This document shows, piece after piece, positions 44,976 through 60,547 of a stretch of 64,000 nt of DNA. How positions within the stretch are numbered: the first letter of the stretch is position 1; each line of letters opens with the position of its first letter. The position numbers and the translations under genes were made by a program. Origin of the DNA: the human T2T-CHM13v2.0 reference genome, Homo sapiens; NCBI RefSeq assembly GCF_009914755.1, contig NC_060926.1; one strand, 5' to 3'. Under the pieces are notes generated by a model that saw only the letters and a program-made list of their open reading frames with translations, was not told the origin of the DNA and did not search any database.

Positions 44976-46269
44976 CTAAGGGGTTTTTTTTTCTTTGTTA
45001 GTGAGGGGTGGTAGAGAGAAATCATACTTGGTTGGCATCTCTTCCAGTTTTGTAAGGATACCTGATTTAGTCCTTTTAGAGTGGCATGGCTATTGACATA
45101 GAAGTAGTGACGTGAGTTTGGTCATGTGGACCAACAGGACTAAGGTAACTCCACCCTTCATACAGACACCCCCACATACTCACTAGTACCCAACCCAGCA
45201 CTAGTCTTTTTGTAGAACTGTCTTTGAGCCATCCCCAGTCTTAACCCGATCATATGCGTCATTCTCTGTTCTAAGACTTCTAGGCACACATTTTTGTGTT
45301 CTCTGGCACATTTGTTATATGCATATGAAGTTGTGTTCATTTTGTTTTGTTCCCTCCCTTTTATCTGGTATGTCAAAATGTATTTGTTCCTGTACCTCCT
45401 GTTTTGTTTCTCTGGTTGGATGTGTCTGAAATATATGTGTCATTGGAACATCTTTTTATTAATAGAGGTGTCATCATATAGTTCGAATCTCATTTGAATT
45501 AACTTTATATGGTCATTTGATTTCTGTGTTTTATTTTAATTTCATTAAAATGTTGGATGCTTGGGTTTCCAGATGAACATAAATTATAAGTGTTTCCCCA
45601 GTGGTTTGTATTATAAAAGTGAAAACCTTTTAGTTGTGTCACAAACTCCTGGGCTCTCTAAGGAATGCATTATAACATTGTCCCTCCCTTCAACATCACC
45701 CTCCTAAATTGAAATTCGTCCCTTTGGCAGAAATCTCTCCAAAGGAAAGTAAAATATATCACTTGTGATCTGAGATCCTCTGTTCCCTATCTTTTTGTTT
45801 TTCATTCAAATCACTTTTCCTCTCCCTACTGCTGCAGATAGCCGGGATGAGTATATATTCTTTTCAACTATCACTTCTCATTTCATTTCCTACCCAGTAT
45901 GGTTGGGAAAATCTTAAAATTTCAAAGTAGATTTCAAAGAATAAAAATTTAGACTTTTAAGTATATTGGTATCATATAAGAAAAGCTAGTATCCTAAAAC
46001 TAAACTTATTAGACAGGACGTATGTTAATATTCCATTTTCCCTAAAATATCATGTTCATATTTTTCCCTAAATTATTTCTTCCTTTTCTAGGAATACACC
46101 TGTTGCACACATGATAACAGAACTGTGTTTTCTGATACATTCGATTCTGTATTTACTAGTTGTGTGATATTAGAGTTCTACATGGTTTCATTTTTGTGAT
46201 AGATTGTAACATAGGCCTTAGGCACTCAGTCTGCTTTCCTTTTTCATTTCTGTATGTTCTCTATTTTAG

Positions 46270-46399
46270 GTCATGGAGTGGTTCAGTATTTTAATGTAGC
46301 ATCAGCTATTTATGCAAAATACAAATTACATGGATTTCAGTACCCTCCTGGGAACCGAATAGGTGTTTCCTTCATTGATGATGGAAGTAATGCAACAGA
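46270..46399 (+). CDS. RBM45: RBM45 exon 6
   Basis: ttttag|(G)[42 protein letters not shown]|gtaagt. Confidence 0.95.
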
Positions 46400-46575
46400 G
46401 TAAGTACCATTCCAGGAGTGTCTAAAGCCGAGCTTTGAGTGTACATGATTGATAGGACTTGAAGAATAAAAATAGAAACAATTGACCTCTCAGGTGAGAA
46501 AGTCACACAAAACAAGCTACTGTTAAAAGACTGAATATTTTTAGTTTTCTGTAAATTATCAGTTATTTTTTCCAG

Positions 46576-46660
46576 TCTCCTTAGAAAAATGGCAACACAG
46601 ATGGTAGCTGCACAGCTTGCATCAATGGTGTGGAATAACCCAAGTCAGCAACAATTTATG
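46576..46660 (+). CDS. RBM45: RBM45 exon 7
   Basis: ttccag|(D)[28 protein letters not shown]|gtaagt. Confidence 0.95.
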
Positions 46661-46874
46661 GTAAGTAGGTAAGAATTTAACCTTTATAATATATCAATAG
46701 CATATAAAATAAATGTGAAGAGAAATCATGCTTTGTTGATTATCTGTGTATGAAAATTTTCAGAGCTATTGTGGAAGACCACATAGATGCCATGATACAT
46801 ATCTGTCTTTAGCTCTTGGCCAAAAATCCCTAAAGGGCATTTTTTTCTTTTTCTTGTTTTCTACCTGTTAACAG

Positions 46875-47038
46875 CAATTTGGAGGAAGCTCTGGATCACA
46901 GTTGCCTCAAATCCAGACAGATGTTGTACTTCCATCATGCAAAAAAAAAGCTCCTGCTGAAACTCCTGTGAAAGAAAGACTTTTTATTGTGTTTAATCCT
47001 CATCCTTTACCTTTAGACGTATTAGAAGATATATTCTG
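46875..47038 (+). CDS. RBM45: RBM45 exon 8
   Basis: taacag|[54 protein letters not shown]|gtaaga. Confidence 0.95.
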
Positions 47039-47278
47039 GTAAGAAAGTTACATTTTTTGTTATATTTTATTTACACTAGTAATTTAATTATTCTTATAAT
47101 CTAGACACTTCCTTCACCCAGTACCTATCAAGTAGAGAGTATTAGTTCTCTGCTTTTAAAACCTCCTTATTTGTATCATCTTTTTCAATTTCTGATTATT
47201 TTCTTCTCTTGTTTATCAGTCACACATCCTAAGGCTCCATAGAGAATTTCCTGCTATTTTGTTTTTGAAACATAAAGT

Positions 47279-47555
47279 GGGCCTGGTGCAGTGGCTCATG
47301 CCTGTAATCCCAACACTTTGGGAGGCCGAGGTCAGGGGATCGCTTGAGCTCAGGAGTTCAAGACCAGACTGGGCAATATGGCAAAACCCCATCTCTACAA
47401 AAAATACAAGAATTAGCCAGGCATGGTGGTACATGCCTGTGGTCGCAGATACTTGGGAGGCTAAGGTGGCAGGATTGCTTTTGCCCAGGAGGTCGAGGTT
47501 GCAGTGAGCCAAGATTGTGCTACTGTACTCCAGCCTGGGTGACAGAGTGAGACCC
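47279..47555 (+). mobile_element. AluJ lacking an A tail (followed by a T-rich tract)
   Basis: Dimer ending gagaccc then ttttttg. Confidence 0.9.
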
Positions 47556-47929
47556 TTTTTGTTTTTTGTGTTTTTTTTGCTAAGCATCTTCTGTTTTGTT
47601 GGTGCATTGTAGGATCCTTAAGGGTTATGCAGTCGCATTGTGTAAACAATTACTTGATTGTAGGGAAAAATACATAAATGTTTTTTATAATAAAAAAGGG
47701 AAGGTTCTTATTTATTTTTGTGTTTTTAACATAACTCCTTTCTTTGCTTTTTCTTTTAGGCCTTTTTCCCATTTGCCTTACAAGAATGTTAGTGAATTTG
47801 ATAGACAGGAAGCTTGTTAAAGAGCTGCACAAAATATCAGGGACATAATGTGATAGTATATTGAGGCTCAAAAGGAAAAAAATATCAGGATATGGTTCAA
47901 GTATTTTGACCTTTATTTAACTGATATAT

Positions 47930-48700
47930 TTAGTTTTCTTCTTGAACCTCCTCTTTGTTCAAGGCAGGAACTGTGCTAAGTACAAGAGACATGTAAACAA
48001 AATATTAAATGGACAAGACATTATGATTCTTGTCCTCTTAGAGCTGATCTCATGTAGGAAACAGACAAGTAAACAGAAAATTACAACCCAGGGTGATTGT
48101 TGCTGTGATAAGGAATGTGTAAGATACAAAGGAGGAGCAGTTACCTTAGAAACTCTGAGAAGCCTTGAAAGAAGGAAGGTGTATGTGGAGACCTGAAGTA
48201 TAAAAATAATTTCTCCACAGGTGAAAGCTGGGGGTATGCATGGTTATTTCTGCCATAGAGAATGTAAAAGAAGGGCTGTTAAATAGGGAATTTGAGAGAT
48301 TGTTAAGGAAGATGAAACTAAAGAGTCCAAGGACAATGTCAGAACGGCTCTAGAGCTATATTAAGGAATTTGTTGTCACCATGGAGGCAATGGGGAGCTG
48401 CTGAGGGGACTTTTAGGGAGTAAATGATCATATTTATGTTTTAGAAAGATCACTCAGAAGACAGAGTGAAAAATGGATTGAAGAGGGACAAGCTCAGGGG
48501 TAAGGAAACTAGTGAAAAAGGAGTTAGATTAAGGAAAAGATGATGGTCTGAATGAGAAGAGAGATCTGAATGAGAATGAATAGAATTGACTGAGATGTTT
48601 AAGATTGACATGAGTTGGATGTTGGATCTGGGGAGAAGGGTGAAAATGGAGTCAAGAATGGACTCCAAATTTTAGACCTGAGCAGTTGTATTTATCAATT
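47930..48700. mobile_element. L2 LINE fossil
   Basis: caggaactgtgctaag...ggcaatggggagctgctga...ttttagaaagatcactc...gagtcaagaatggactcca. Confidence 0.65.
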
Positions 48701-48731
48701 TTGGTTGATTATTTTTTTCACTTTGTTTCAG

Positions 48732-48924
48732 TCGTTTTGGTAACCTGATCGAAGTTTACCTTGTGTCAGGAAAAAATGTGGGGTATGCCAAGTATGCCGA
48801 TAGAATAAGTGCTAATGATGCCATTGCCACTCTACATGGAAAGATTCTGAATGGGGTGAGACTTAAAGTTATGCTGGCAGATTCGCCAAGAGAAGAATCT
48901 AACAAACGGCAAAGAACTTACTGA
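48732..48924 (+). CDS. RBM45: RBM45 exon 9 (C-terminal RRM, basic NLS-like tail, stop; exon ends at 48932)
   Basis: tttcag|(C)[63 protein letters not shown]; donor GAG|gtaagc; phases of all nine exons are consistent. Confidence 0.96.
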
Positions 48925-49562
48925 TTCTTGAGGTAAGCCCTTTTTAATCTGAATTTTAAAACATATTGAGTAAATAGTATATGAGGAATATGTGTAAGTA
49001 CTTTATAAACTTTTCTTTTTAGTGATTTAGAAGTTGTCAGTTAAAAGAGCTTTGCAACTATTTAAACTTTAAAAATTGTTGACATTTACTGAAGAATGTT
49101 TTTGCCCTTCTGTAAAATAAAATCACATTTCAATTTAGAAAGATAAATAATTGTTTTTTGTTTGTGAAATCTTCGATTTTAAGAATTCAACTTTTTATTA
49201 TGTGCTTATATAAACTTTTAAGTTGTCCGGTGCTAGAATAAGGATTGCTTTAAAAAAAAATTGAAATACTTCTAAAGATTTTTAACTTGAAAAATTGGTG
49301 TCTTGAGTTATGAATTGAGGTAATTTATAACAGTCGTTCATAAAGATAATGTTTTGACTTCTCTCTAATGAAATGCCTAAAAAGCAATATCAAATAATAT
49401 ATCATTTTTGGACCTTTTGAACCTAAATGTTGGTGTTTTCTGGACTTGTATTTGTGAGTTTGTGCATTAAAACAATACATTCAGAAAATATTCTCGTATG
49501 CATATATGTATTTTTTAAGAAAACCTGACAATTTACCAAAAACTCTTTATTGTAAATTTTGA

Positions 49563-49970
<408 letters not shown>

Positions 49971-50738
49971 TAAAGTTTGGCGGTTTTTATTCTGTAAAAT
50001 AATTCTGAATTTCAGGGGAAGCCGTTTTCCTGTTCCCACACACTAACTTTCCAAGTCTACTATAGGTCAAATGTAGTAGATGGCAGGCACTTTGAATTCA
50101 GTTTGAAGTTACTGGCTTGAAACCTTTATTTTTTTCACTTAAGATTTTCTTTCTGACCAATTGTGTGAGCTAGCACGTATGAGAATGATTCCTGCCAGGC
50201 CTCACTGCTGATGACCCTTCCTCTCCTAGAACAGATCACATGATTAGTTCCTCCTTCATAGCTTCATAGAAGGCATTTGACAAGAGAAAGTGCCCATTGG
50301 GCCCATAATCCTAATTTTTAAATCTTTTTAAATGTTTTATTAAATGACAAAACCACTCTCATTGTACCATACATTGTTAGCAATTTAACCCTGGATATAT
50401 TAAATTGGGAGTGGAAAAGAATTAGCAAGCATTTTTTCCTGTTTATGGATAAAATGTTAAGAATGAATTCTGTTTGGAGAAGCTATTCTCTAGCATGCAA
50501 AAAATGTGTTTTTTCTAGTCTGTGAATATTTCAATAATAGGAAATAAATAGTTCTTGCTTTTACTCAATAAATCTTTGTTCTTAAAAAGGACAATAATAT
50601 AGACTTTAGACTTCTCAGTATAGAAAAGTATATAAATTATTCTTGTGGTTGAACCTTTTCTAATGATTATTTACATGTTAAAGAGAATATTGGGCTTAAA
50701 ATAAAAAGCCATTTAACTGTGACTGGGCTGGTCTCTAC

Positions 50739-51048
<310 letters not shown>

Positions 51049-52145
51049 CTCTTTGCCTTTTTGAGGCCCAGTTTTCTCATAGGGCTTTTGAGAGACAATG
51101 AGTCAACAAAATGTAAAATGAAAAAAAGGCTTTGCAAGTCTAAACTAAAACTCTTGCATTTGTAGCTTCAGTGAAACCTTTGAGATGTCCTCTTATCTAA
51201 AATAATGACATCCAAATGATCAGAAACTAAAAGTATAATGATATAAAACTACCTTGTGGCCAGTTGGTACTGTGAGAACTAAGCTTTATAAATACCACAT
51301 TTTTCCCTTAAACTCATCCAATTTCCTACATCAGAGGAATTGCATTTTCAGCATGGCTGTTCATAAAAATTTTAATCTATCATTTTTCCCTTTTTTGAAC
51401 TGTTACGCATATTCAGGGCAGAGATAAAATAGGGTCAGGTTAGTTGAAAATGGCTGTTTGGATAGGATACGATTAGCTACACGGTTTTGAATTTCTTCTA
51501 ATTGCAGCATGGCTTTTTTTATTTTTGCTGCGGATCTCCTATTTACAATGGACTCCATTATGAGATTCTTCTTCTTTGTTGGTGTATTAAATAAACATAT
51601 TACCTTATTTTAAGTTTCGATAAAATACTGTGGAAGACTTTGCCAAATTTTATATGATTGTGACAAGTTTTTTGGGGTAGGTGCACTTTTTTGTTTGTTT
51701 CTTTAATTTTTAAAAGGCTGCAAACACAGCTCATGAAGGCTGGTTTCTTTTATCTCTGAGGTATGGGCCTGGGATTAAGTGAGTCATGCCTAGGAAATAG
51801 AAGCAACTGATCCAAGGATATAACATTGAAAGTAGTTGAATTCTATTTTGAGATGGATCTGATAACCACAATGTAATTCTCTTTCTATTTGAGGAAAATA
51901 TAAATTTTAGTATTTCAGAGCATCAGATTTTTTGTTAATTCACAACACTTTCCCTCTAGAAATTCAGCACCTGCATCGCCCTTCTTAGTAAGTTTGGTTT
52001 TATTTGGGGGCAGCTATGATTAAACAGATAACATTGGGTATATTGAAATAAAGGAACAATTCCTAACATTTTAGGAATACTACAACAGCTATTTCCTTTC
52101 CTTTCAGGTGATGATTTTCATACTTGTGTTGTGTTCTTTCTACAG

Positions 52146-52405
52146 AACAAAGACTAAATAATGACATAATCCTCAGCTGACTGACTGAAAATGTGACTGG
52201 ACGCATTCCCTGTGGACAGTTGACAGCTTTTTTTTTTTCCATATACCTGATAGTCTGTGTACAGCATTGTTTTGTCTGGGAAGCAGGGATTGCTGACATG
52301 TATTTTTGAATCCATACATTAATGCTAAAACGAATATAGTAGTTGTTCCTTAGAGCAATATGTTGTTACGTGTAGCAGAAATAAAGTTTTCTTTGCTTAA
52401 CTAAA
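52146..52405 (+). other. RBM45: RBM45 non-coding terminal exon (3'UTR)
   Basis: Acceptor ttctttctacag|aacaaag; AATAAA at 52380-52385; 3' end approximate. Confidence 0.75.
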
Positions 52406-52476
52406 TCATGACTTATTTATGTGAAAGACAAGAACGGAAAAATTTAATAGACAGTCTTTAGAATTTGACTAAATGA

Positions 52477-52652
52477 CATATGTCATTGATTTTGAGATGC
52501 ACATCTTTCACATTTTAACACCCCTGAAAGTAGAAGCATCTCAATATCAGTTGTATGGCATAGTGTAATCGACAACCTTATTTTCTTTCTTAATAAAACA
52601 TGAAAAGGTGCTTTTTTCAATCAATTGCATCTTAGAGTCAATAAAATATGGT
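52477..52652. mobile_element. MER104-like Tc2 DNA transposon fossil
   Basis: tcattgattttgagatgcacatctttcacattttaaca...ttagagtcaataaaatatgg. Confidence 0.6.
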
Positions 52653-52984
52653 AATTGCTACTCAATCTATATATGCAGCTTAACTGTTTACACTTAATCT
52701 AAGGACAAAAGACAAAATCATTGGAAATATTTTGTACTGTATTTTTTTTAGTTATACCAAAATGTGTTGGTAATTTTGTGAAGCTCTAAGATTATAAGCC
52801 AACAGTGATAAAAAAATTAAAACTTTCTGATAATAAATTTAAATAAATGTCAGTGGCTTTGGGGGGATGGACATTTTTATCTTTATAGAAATAATGGCCA
52901 CTCCAAAAATATGACATGTAAGGAATTTTCAAAACAGACTACAATAGGAGGTATAGTTATTTTGAAATTAAAGATTAAAATTAG

Positions 52985-53290
52985 GGCCAGGGGTGGTTGC
53001 TCACCACACTTATAATCCTGGCACTTTAGGAGGCCAAGGTGGGAGGATCACTTGAGCCCTAGAGTTCAAGAGGAGACCAGCCTGGGCAACATAGAGGACC
53101 CGGTCTCCACAAAACATTATGAAATTAGCCAGGCGTGGTGGTGTGTGCCTGCAGTCCCAGCTACTCAGAAAGCTGAAGCGGAAGGATTGCTTGAGCCTAG
53201 GAGACCGAGGCTACCGTGAGCCACAATAGTGCTGCTGCAGCCTGGACAACAGAGCAAGACCCTGTCTCAAAAATAAAAACTAAAACTAAA
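52985..53290 (+). mobile_element. AluJ
   Basis: Dimer; TSD aaagattaaaa(a)ttaggg. Confidence 0.9.
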
Positions 53291-53710
53291 TAAAGATTAA
53301 AAATTAGGGATCTATTCTGCTTGTATTTTGAAAACTTTAACAAAAAAAAATTATTAGCTATGACATTGAATTGATATGTATAAAAAAGGTATATCTAAAT
53401 CAAGCATTTGGCACTTTTTATAAAAAGGTATTATAAATGACATGCATTTGTTAAAACGTAATTATCTCCTCATTATACTTCTCACATTCTGACTCAAACG
53501 ATGAAAGATTAAATTCAGCAATCTTAATAACTGAGTATCTTATACTTGGACATCTCCATTGGAAAACTAAAATCTTTTCTTTTAAAAGTCAGTGATTTTA
53601 GCAAATTTAGAAAAGAAAATTTAGTTGTGCCTTCACAGGCAAAACTGCTGACAAGAATTGGGCCAGGTATCTTTCTGTGAGGCAGAGGATGTATTTTAAA
53701 GAGAAAGCAA

Positions 53711-53830
53711 AGCTGGGTGCAGTGGCGCGACTGTAGTCCCAGCTACTCAGGAGGCTGAGGCGGTAGGAGTGCCAGAGCCCAGGAGTTCGAGGCTGCAGAG
53801 TGCTGTTATTGTACCTGTGAATAGCCACTG
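53711..53830 (+). mobile_element. FAM-like free Alu monomer
   Basis: ctgtagtcccagctactc...gcccaggagttcgaggctgcag...cctgtgaatagccactg. Confidence 0.75.
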
Positions 53831-55296
53831 TCCTCTGTTTCTTTGTTTTTAATTTTTTAAAAGAACAAAGCAATGAAAAACCTAAACAAGGGAAGTTGTG
53901 GATTAATTACCAAAAAATAGGTGTGGTTATCCCAAACTCATTTACTGTACACATAGTTCAGTTTTCACAGATTGGAATTAAATTGTTCCTTACAAGTTAT
54001 TGGGCTCTGCCATGTAACTAATGCTTGAATTATCTCAAAAATATTTCTGCCAGGTGGTTAATCTAAACAGTGTAAAAGTAACAGTTATAGAAAGGAGCTC
54101 TCTACCTCCTACCTGAGTCCATTGCATCTTTGGTTAATCTTCACAATTGAGATAAGATCCTATTTCCTACAGTTTTCCCCTATTAGAGTATTTCACTGGG
54201 CTTTCTAGGAGAGCTTGAATCTGTCACATGGTAGCTATCATATACCTGGCCAGCCCTCCACATTCTCTGTTCAGATTAAATGATCCCGGTTTCTCCCTTC
54301 TACCAGTCAGGCAGCCGGTCCCAGCAAACAGTTGTGGTAAGAGTAAAGTGCCTTATCTAGATGTATTTCTTTGAATCCTAGTATAAATTCTAAAGAGATC
54401 ATATGATACCTCTCTACCTACAAAACACTTTGCTTTTTCAGTACAACCTGTTGTTTTGTTTTCTTTCCCAATTGCATGTCTCAGTAAACAATGCTTACTT
54501 CAGCTTCAGAGTGCATTTCATCTTAATCCTCTCAGTTATTTAGCCTTGGTCCTGTCTTCCTATCTTTTGCAGTTGATCCCTAAAGCTGTATTTTAAAAGC
54601 CAGAATTTTAGATTTTTCTTAGAATGAGGAAATTCTAGAACCTAAAAAATTGCATTTATTAATCTAGTTGTTTATGTCTTCACCTTAATGTTTACTTCTC
54701 AGATGCACTTTGAGTATAAGAACATAATATATAAATACTTGGATGCCCAGCAAATGTTAGTTATTAAAACTGCCAACACAGTGAAGTTTTATTAGTATAT
54801 ATTTCTTTAAAAATTTTTTTAAATAATAAGCAATACATCTCAATAAACCTCTCAACTATGTGGTTAAAATAAGAAATAACATTTAAAATAAGCCTGATTA
54901 AAGCCTTCTTGTAAATTCATTAACTGAGGTCTTGTATGGTAGATTACTGAAAGCAACTGTCAAATTTGCTGCTTCTAAAGCAACATGTTCCAAACTATGT
55001 TCCTTGAAATACTAGAAAGAATTTTTCAAAGTTAAATACATTTAGAAAATGTTCAGTACTTTTAGTTTCACAGGTTTCATCTACTGTAGATAAAAAGGTA
55101 GTGAAAAATAGCCAGGAAATTATTACTCTAAAATTTTAGCTTTCTCTGAATTTTGTTCTCTCTTAATTGGGATCCTATTCAGTATGAATGAATCCATGGA
55201 AAGTAGAAATAAGGGACTTTACCACTAGGTGGTGATAAACATTGGTGATAAAGTGCAGCATTCCAATCTTAATTTAAGGCACTGAGATGGAAATGA

Positions 55297-55697
<401 letters not shown>

Positions 55698-57458
55698 TAG
55701 GTATACTGGTTCTGCAGGTTTGGGGTGAGTTTTTGAACAAGCTGTGGTTATGATGGGGTGGTCAGTGGCATTCACTTTGGAATATACTGGCCCAAAGAGA
55801 TTTCATATGTTGGACCTTAGGTTGGACTGTTGTAAAAGTAAGGCATCGAGAAGTTGTTTCCTAGTCTTTTTACCTTGGGCATTTTTTAGAATTAAGCATC
55901 TGGTTTTTCCTCAGTTAATATCAGTAAATATGAATTGCATTAAGAAATTGAAGAACACAGTCTCACAAATAACAAATAATAGGCCATCTTTTTTTACTTT
56001 AGTGAATATTTTTTGATGTTTGTAAAGGATAGTAATTGTTTATGCCATTCAAAGCTTTTACCTAATATTTTTATTTACATTTATTTTTAAGTGAATTGTC
56101 TAAGTAAATTACCAAAGATTGGGGTTCTGAAGAAGTACGTAGGTAAATGTTATTTGTTTTAAATGACAAAGGAGTATGAAGGAGATGTAATTATCATTGT
56201 CAAAAAAACTGAAATAGAATAATCAAAAGGGTACAGAAATACCTCTGTGTGTATGTGAGTGTTCTTATAATCGTAAGATGAATCTTCTTGTAAAACGAAT
56301 GCTTTTTTGATGTACCCAAAAACCTTTTGATTTATAGGTACATTGTAACTTTCAATAGCTTTAATAAATACTAAAGCTAAAAATCAGTGAGGGCAAGAAC
56401 AAGTGAAATCTATTGCCTTTTCACCTAGAGGTATGCCACACACAGGCTTTGTTCCATATGTGGATGGTAAGCGCTATTAAAAATCAGGGCAGTTATTTTT
56501 ACATATGATTTCAGTAAAGAGAAAACAAAAATGGTCATCCTTATTAGACAAGAAGTTCCATTTTAATACTTGAATTCTAATAAATGGATTGCATTATTTC
56601 CTTTTCTAGAAACAGTAGCTCAAGAACACATGGATCCTGGGAACTGAAGGTATGGTATTGATAGGAGATCAGACAGAAATATTCAGTTAAAATATCAAGT
56701 TGTAGTTCATTCATTACAATGGCCATGCTTTGACTTTATTTAAGGTAGAAAAGTCTTGTCCTTAGTAGAAAATGCAGCTCCCACTATACTTTGAGAAAGT
56801 TACGAGGCCCTGTGAAAATTTATCTGAGTAATTATCAGAGAAAAAGGGAGTTCTGTGACTGTCATATATGAATTGAAGACAGTATCTGGATGTCAAGGTC
56901 CATGTGAGCTAGCTAACCTAGGCTATACCACCGTGGGACTCTTAGAAACTGCCTGTCTGACCAAAATGCTGCAGAAGTGGCAGAAGGAAGGCATCGGAAG
57001 ACCATTTTTAAACAGTTGTTTGTATATGAGGTACAAAACTCAAGAACTGTGTGAAAAGGCAAGTACCAGTACTGTTTTCTACAGAAACTGGGGGAAATAC
57101 TGAGCACAGAAGAATAACCAAAGTGCTTCCCACCAATAACTTCTGTGAAACTACGTTCTCTGAATTCTTCTCCAAATTCTTTTCTGATTTTGTAAGTAAT
57201 GATGTTACAACTAATTTTTTTGCTCATATATTATTAATATTTTCTAGCATTAACAAGACATAGGTAACAGCATTCATTAGCTCAGAGTTTTTAAGGGTTT
57301 TGTTTGCTTGCTTGCTCTGTTTTTTTTTGTTGTTTTTTTATGCCAGAAAAAAAATTAAAGTCATCTACTTTAAAGTTATATACTAATTTACTAGAAGTTC
57401 TGATATATAAAAATATGTAATTTCATTTTTTTCTCTCTTTGTCAACAAAGCCTATCTG

Positions 57459-57772
57459 GGCCGGGCGCAGTGGCTGACGCCTGTAATCTCAGCACTGTGG
57501 GAGGCTGAGGTGGGCGGATCACTTGAGGTCAGGAGTTTGAGACCAGCCTGGCCAACCTGGTAAATCCCTGTCTCTACTACAAAAAAATTACCCAGGCATG
57601 GTGGCAGTCACCTGTAATCCCAGCTACTAAGGAGGCTGAGGCGAGATAATCTCTTGGAGTAATCCCAGCTATGAAGGAGGCTGACGCGGAGGTTGCAGTG
57701 AGCCAAGATTTCGCCACTGCACTCCAGCCTGGGCGACAGAGCAAGACTCCATCTCAAAAATAAATTTAAAAT
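57459..57772 (+). mobile_element. AluS with an internal duplication
   Basis: gtaatcccagcta..aaggaggctga.gcg occurs twice; TSD aacaaagcctatc. Confidence 0.93.
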
Positions 57773-58777
57773 AAAACAAAGCCTATCCACTGTGTTGGGT
57801 TTTGGCCCTAGGAGATAATTTTTACATTCTTATATCATTGCCCCACTGGCACAAAACTCTTCCTCCCTCTTCTATATTAGTACATTCGTAACTTAATACA
57901 AGTGCCAGCGTGACCATTTTGAAGAGGATAGAGAAGAAGATTTTAATCTGTTACTTAAAGGACTGACTTTAGAAACAATCTACAATAGTTGCTGAGAGCA
58001 CTGGACAGGGGAGCTGCTTTGGCAATATCAAGATTGAGCCAACAGTGGCAAAAAAAGAGTGTACTAGGAAAGATAGCACCTACCTTTGGTTTATCATCAC
58101 CAACTCCTACCAGGATTCATCTACCATTAGGTACCATCTTGGCTTGTTTATTTCACCAGAAATTCCTAACAGGACTCATCTCCTACTACTTTTAGCCTAA
58201 ATCTGGGAATCATAGGCAATAGGGAGTCTATACCAGGTACTGTAATGTTGTCCCTACAGTCTTATTTTACTATGATAACTCAAAGGAGGTATTTCACACA
58301 CAAAAAGAAATCAGAAGTAAATCTCCCTTACATCATCCTTAAAGATTAGCAATGTGCCTGGAATATCCAGCTTCTACTTAATAGCTTTTAGCTATTTGTA
58401 GCAGGAATTTATCATGTCTTCTAGATCTTGTTGATATTATTAGCCTTTAGTTCCCCAAAAATGAGTTTCATATGTGGTACCCACATGGCCTTTTTGGGTC
58501 TGTTTTCTCATCTAGAAAATAAGAAAGATAATAATTATTAGTGTAAATACAAGCCTCTGCAAACCCTCGTCTCTCAGGATTCTACAGAAACATCCTGGAA
58601 AACATTAAGTAGGAAGAAAATTTATATCAATCATAGAAACTTAGGTTAAGGTTAGTGGAAACTAGAAAGAATTTCTACTAAATAGAAATTCAGTAGAATC
58701 CCAGTAAGGGGTAGGATTTTAAAAAATGGCTGACTCCAATTCTGCATTGGAACATGCTGTTAATAAAACAAGATGAC

Positions 58778-59148
<371 letters not shown>

Positions 59149-59664
59149 TTAATTTGAGACAGCTATTGAGAGTCTTGTCATAATAGGCTTCTTTCTGCAT
59201 TCCTTCACTAGTGGCCCTGAAGCTGCACTATGTTGGAGGTTTCCTTGACTAAGAGAACCACATGCGGCATTCAGCTCAGTAGGGGAGTCATAAAAGATCT
59301 CGCCTCTGACCAGAAGAGTATGAATGACAAAGGTGACATAACCAGCACAGAAAGATGTCTTAGCCTCTGCACATCAGCTGATTTAGAATACTTATGTAGA
59401 TAGCGGTTGGGGTCGGGGGGGTGCGGAATGTTCTTTTCAGCTTCTTTGCCCTGAGAACTTTGATCTTATTGCAAGGAAGTCCCTTACCCTCTTCTACCCT
59501 AGATCTGATGGACCTCCTGGGATTTCCTGGGGAAATGAAATGAGTCTAACACCTTTGACCACCTGCTGGATATTATATCAGCACTTACTTAAGTAAGCTG
59601 TGGAAGAGCTGAAAGCAGTATTCAGAGTCTGACAGTTCTCTGCAATTGGCCTAGATAAACTCAT

Positions 59665-60547
59665 TGTGAAATAAGTAACTAAATGGGCAAAAGATTTGAA
59701 CAAGCACTTCACAAAAGAAGACCAAGAAGAGGGCAGGGTTTTTTGTTTGGGGAGTTTTATTTAGTTTTGTTTTGGGGTTGTTTTGTTTTGGCAGGGGACA
59801 GGAGTAGTGGATAGATTCATTTTGTAAAGAAATATTAAAATATTCTTTTTAATTTGATAGTTAATATAAGCTTAAGAATCTTTTAAAACTCAGAATGTTC
59901 AGCCGTATTAGTCATCAATGAACTGCTCATTAAAACTACAATAAGCTACCCTAACAGTGGTATGAACAGCAAGAATTAAAATGTTGACAATACCAAGTAC
60001 TGGTGACAGTGTGAAGCAACAAGAACTGCTGATGCAAATTGGCTCAACCGCTTGGGAAAATGTTTGACAGTATCTACTAAAGTTGAACATATGTATACCC
60101 TCGACTCAGCAATTCCACTTCTAAGCATATATCCAACAAAGATGTGTACATATATGTACCAAAAGACACATACAAAAACATTCTTGGTATTATTCATAGT
60201 AGCCCCAAAGTGGAAACAACCCCAATGTCCATGAACAGAATGCATATGACACTCTATAGCAAGGAAATGAGCTAACTTGCTACACTTATAATGATTTGAA
60301 GGAATCTCACAAACATAATGTTGAACAAAAGCAACCAGCCAACAAAAGATGTGCTGTAGGATTCCCAGTTACAGAGTTCAAAAACAAGCAAAACATATCT
60401 TTGAGCAGAATGGAATGGGGGAGTTCACAAAGGGAGTTATGGTGTGCTGGTGGTCTTGTTTTTCTTGACCAGGATGGGGATAACTGATCGTTTTTGAGCT
60501 GTACTCTATGGAGTATGCATTTTTTATTTATCTTATACTTCAATTAA
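59665..60547 (+). mobile_element. Old L1M 3' fragment
   Basis: aaatgggcaaaagatttgaacaagcacttcacaaaagaag...cagcaattccacttcta..tatatccaa...tatacttcaattaa. Confidence 0.8.
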
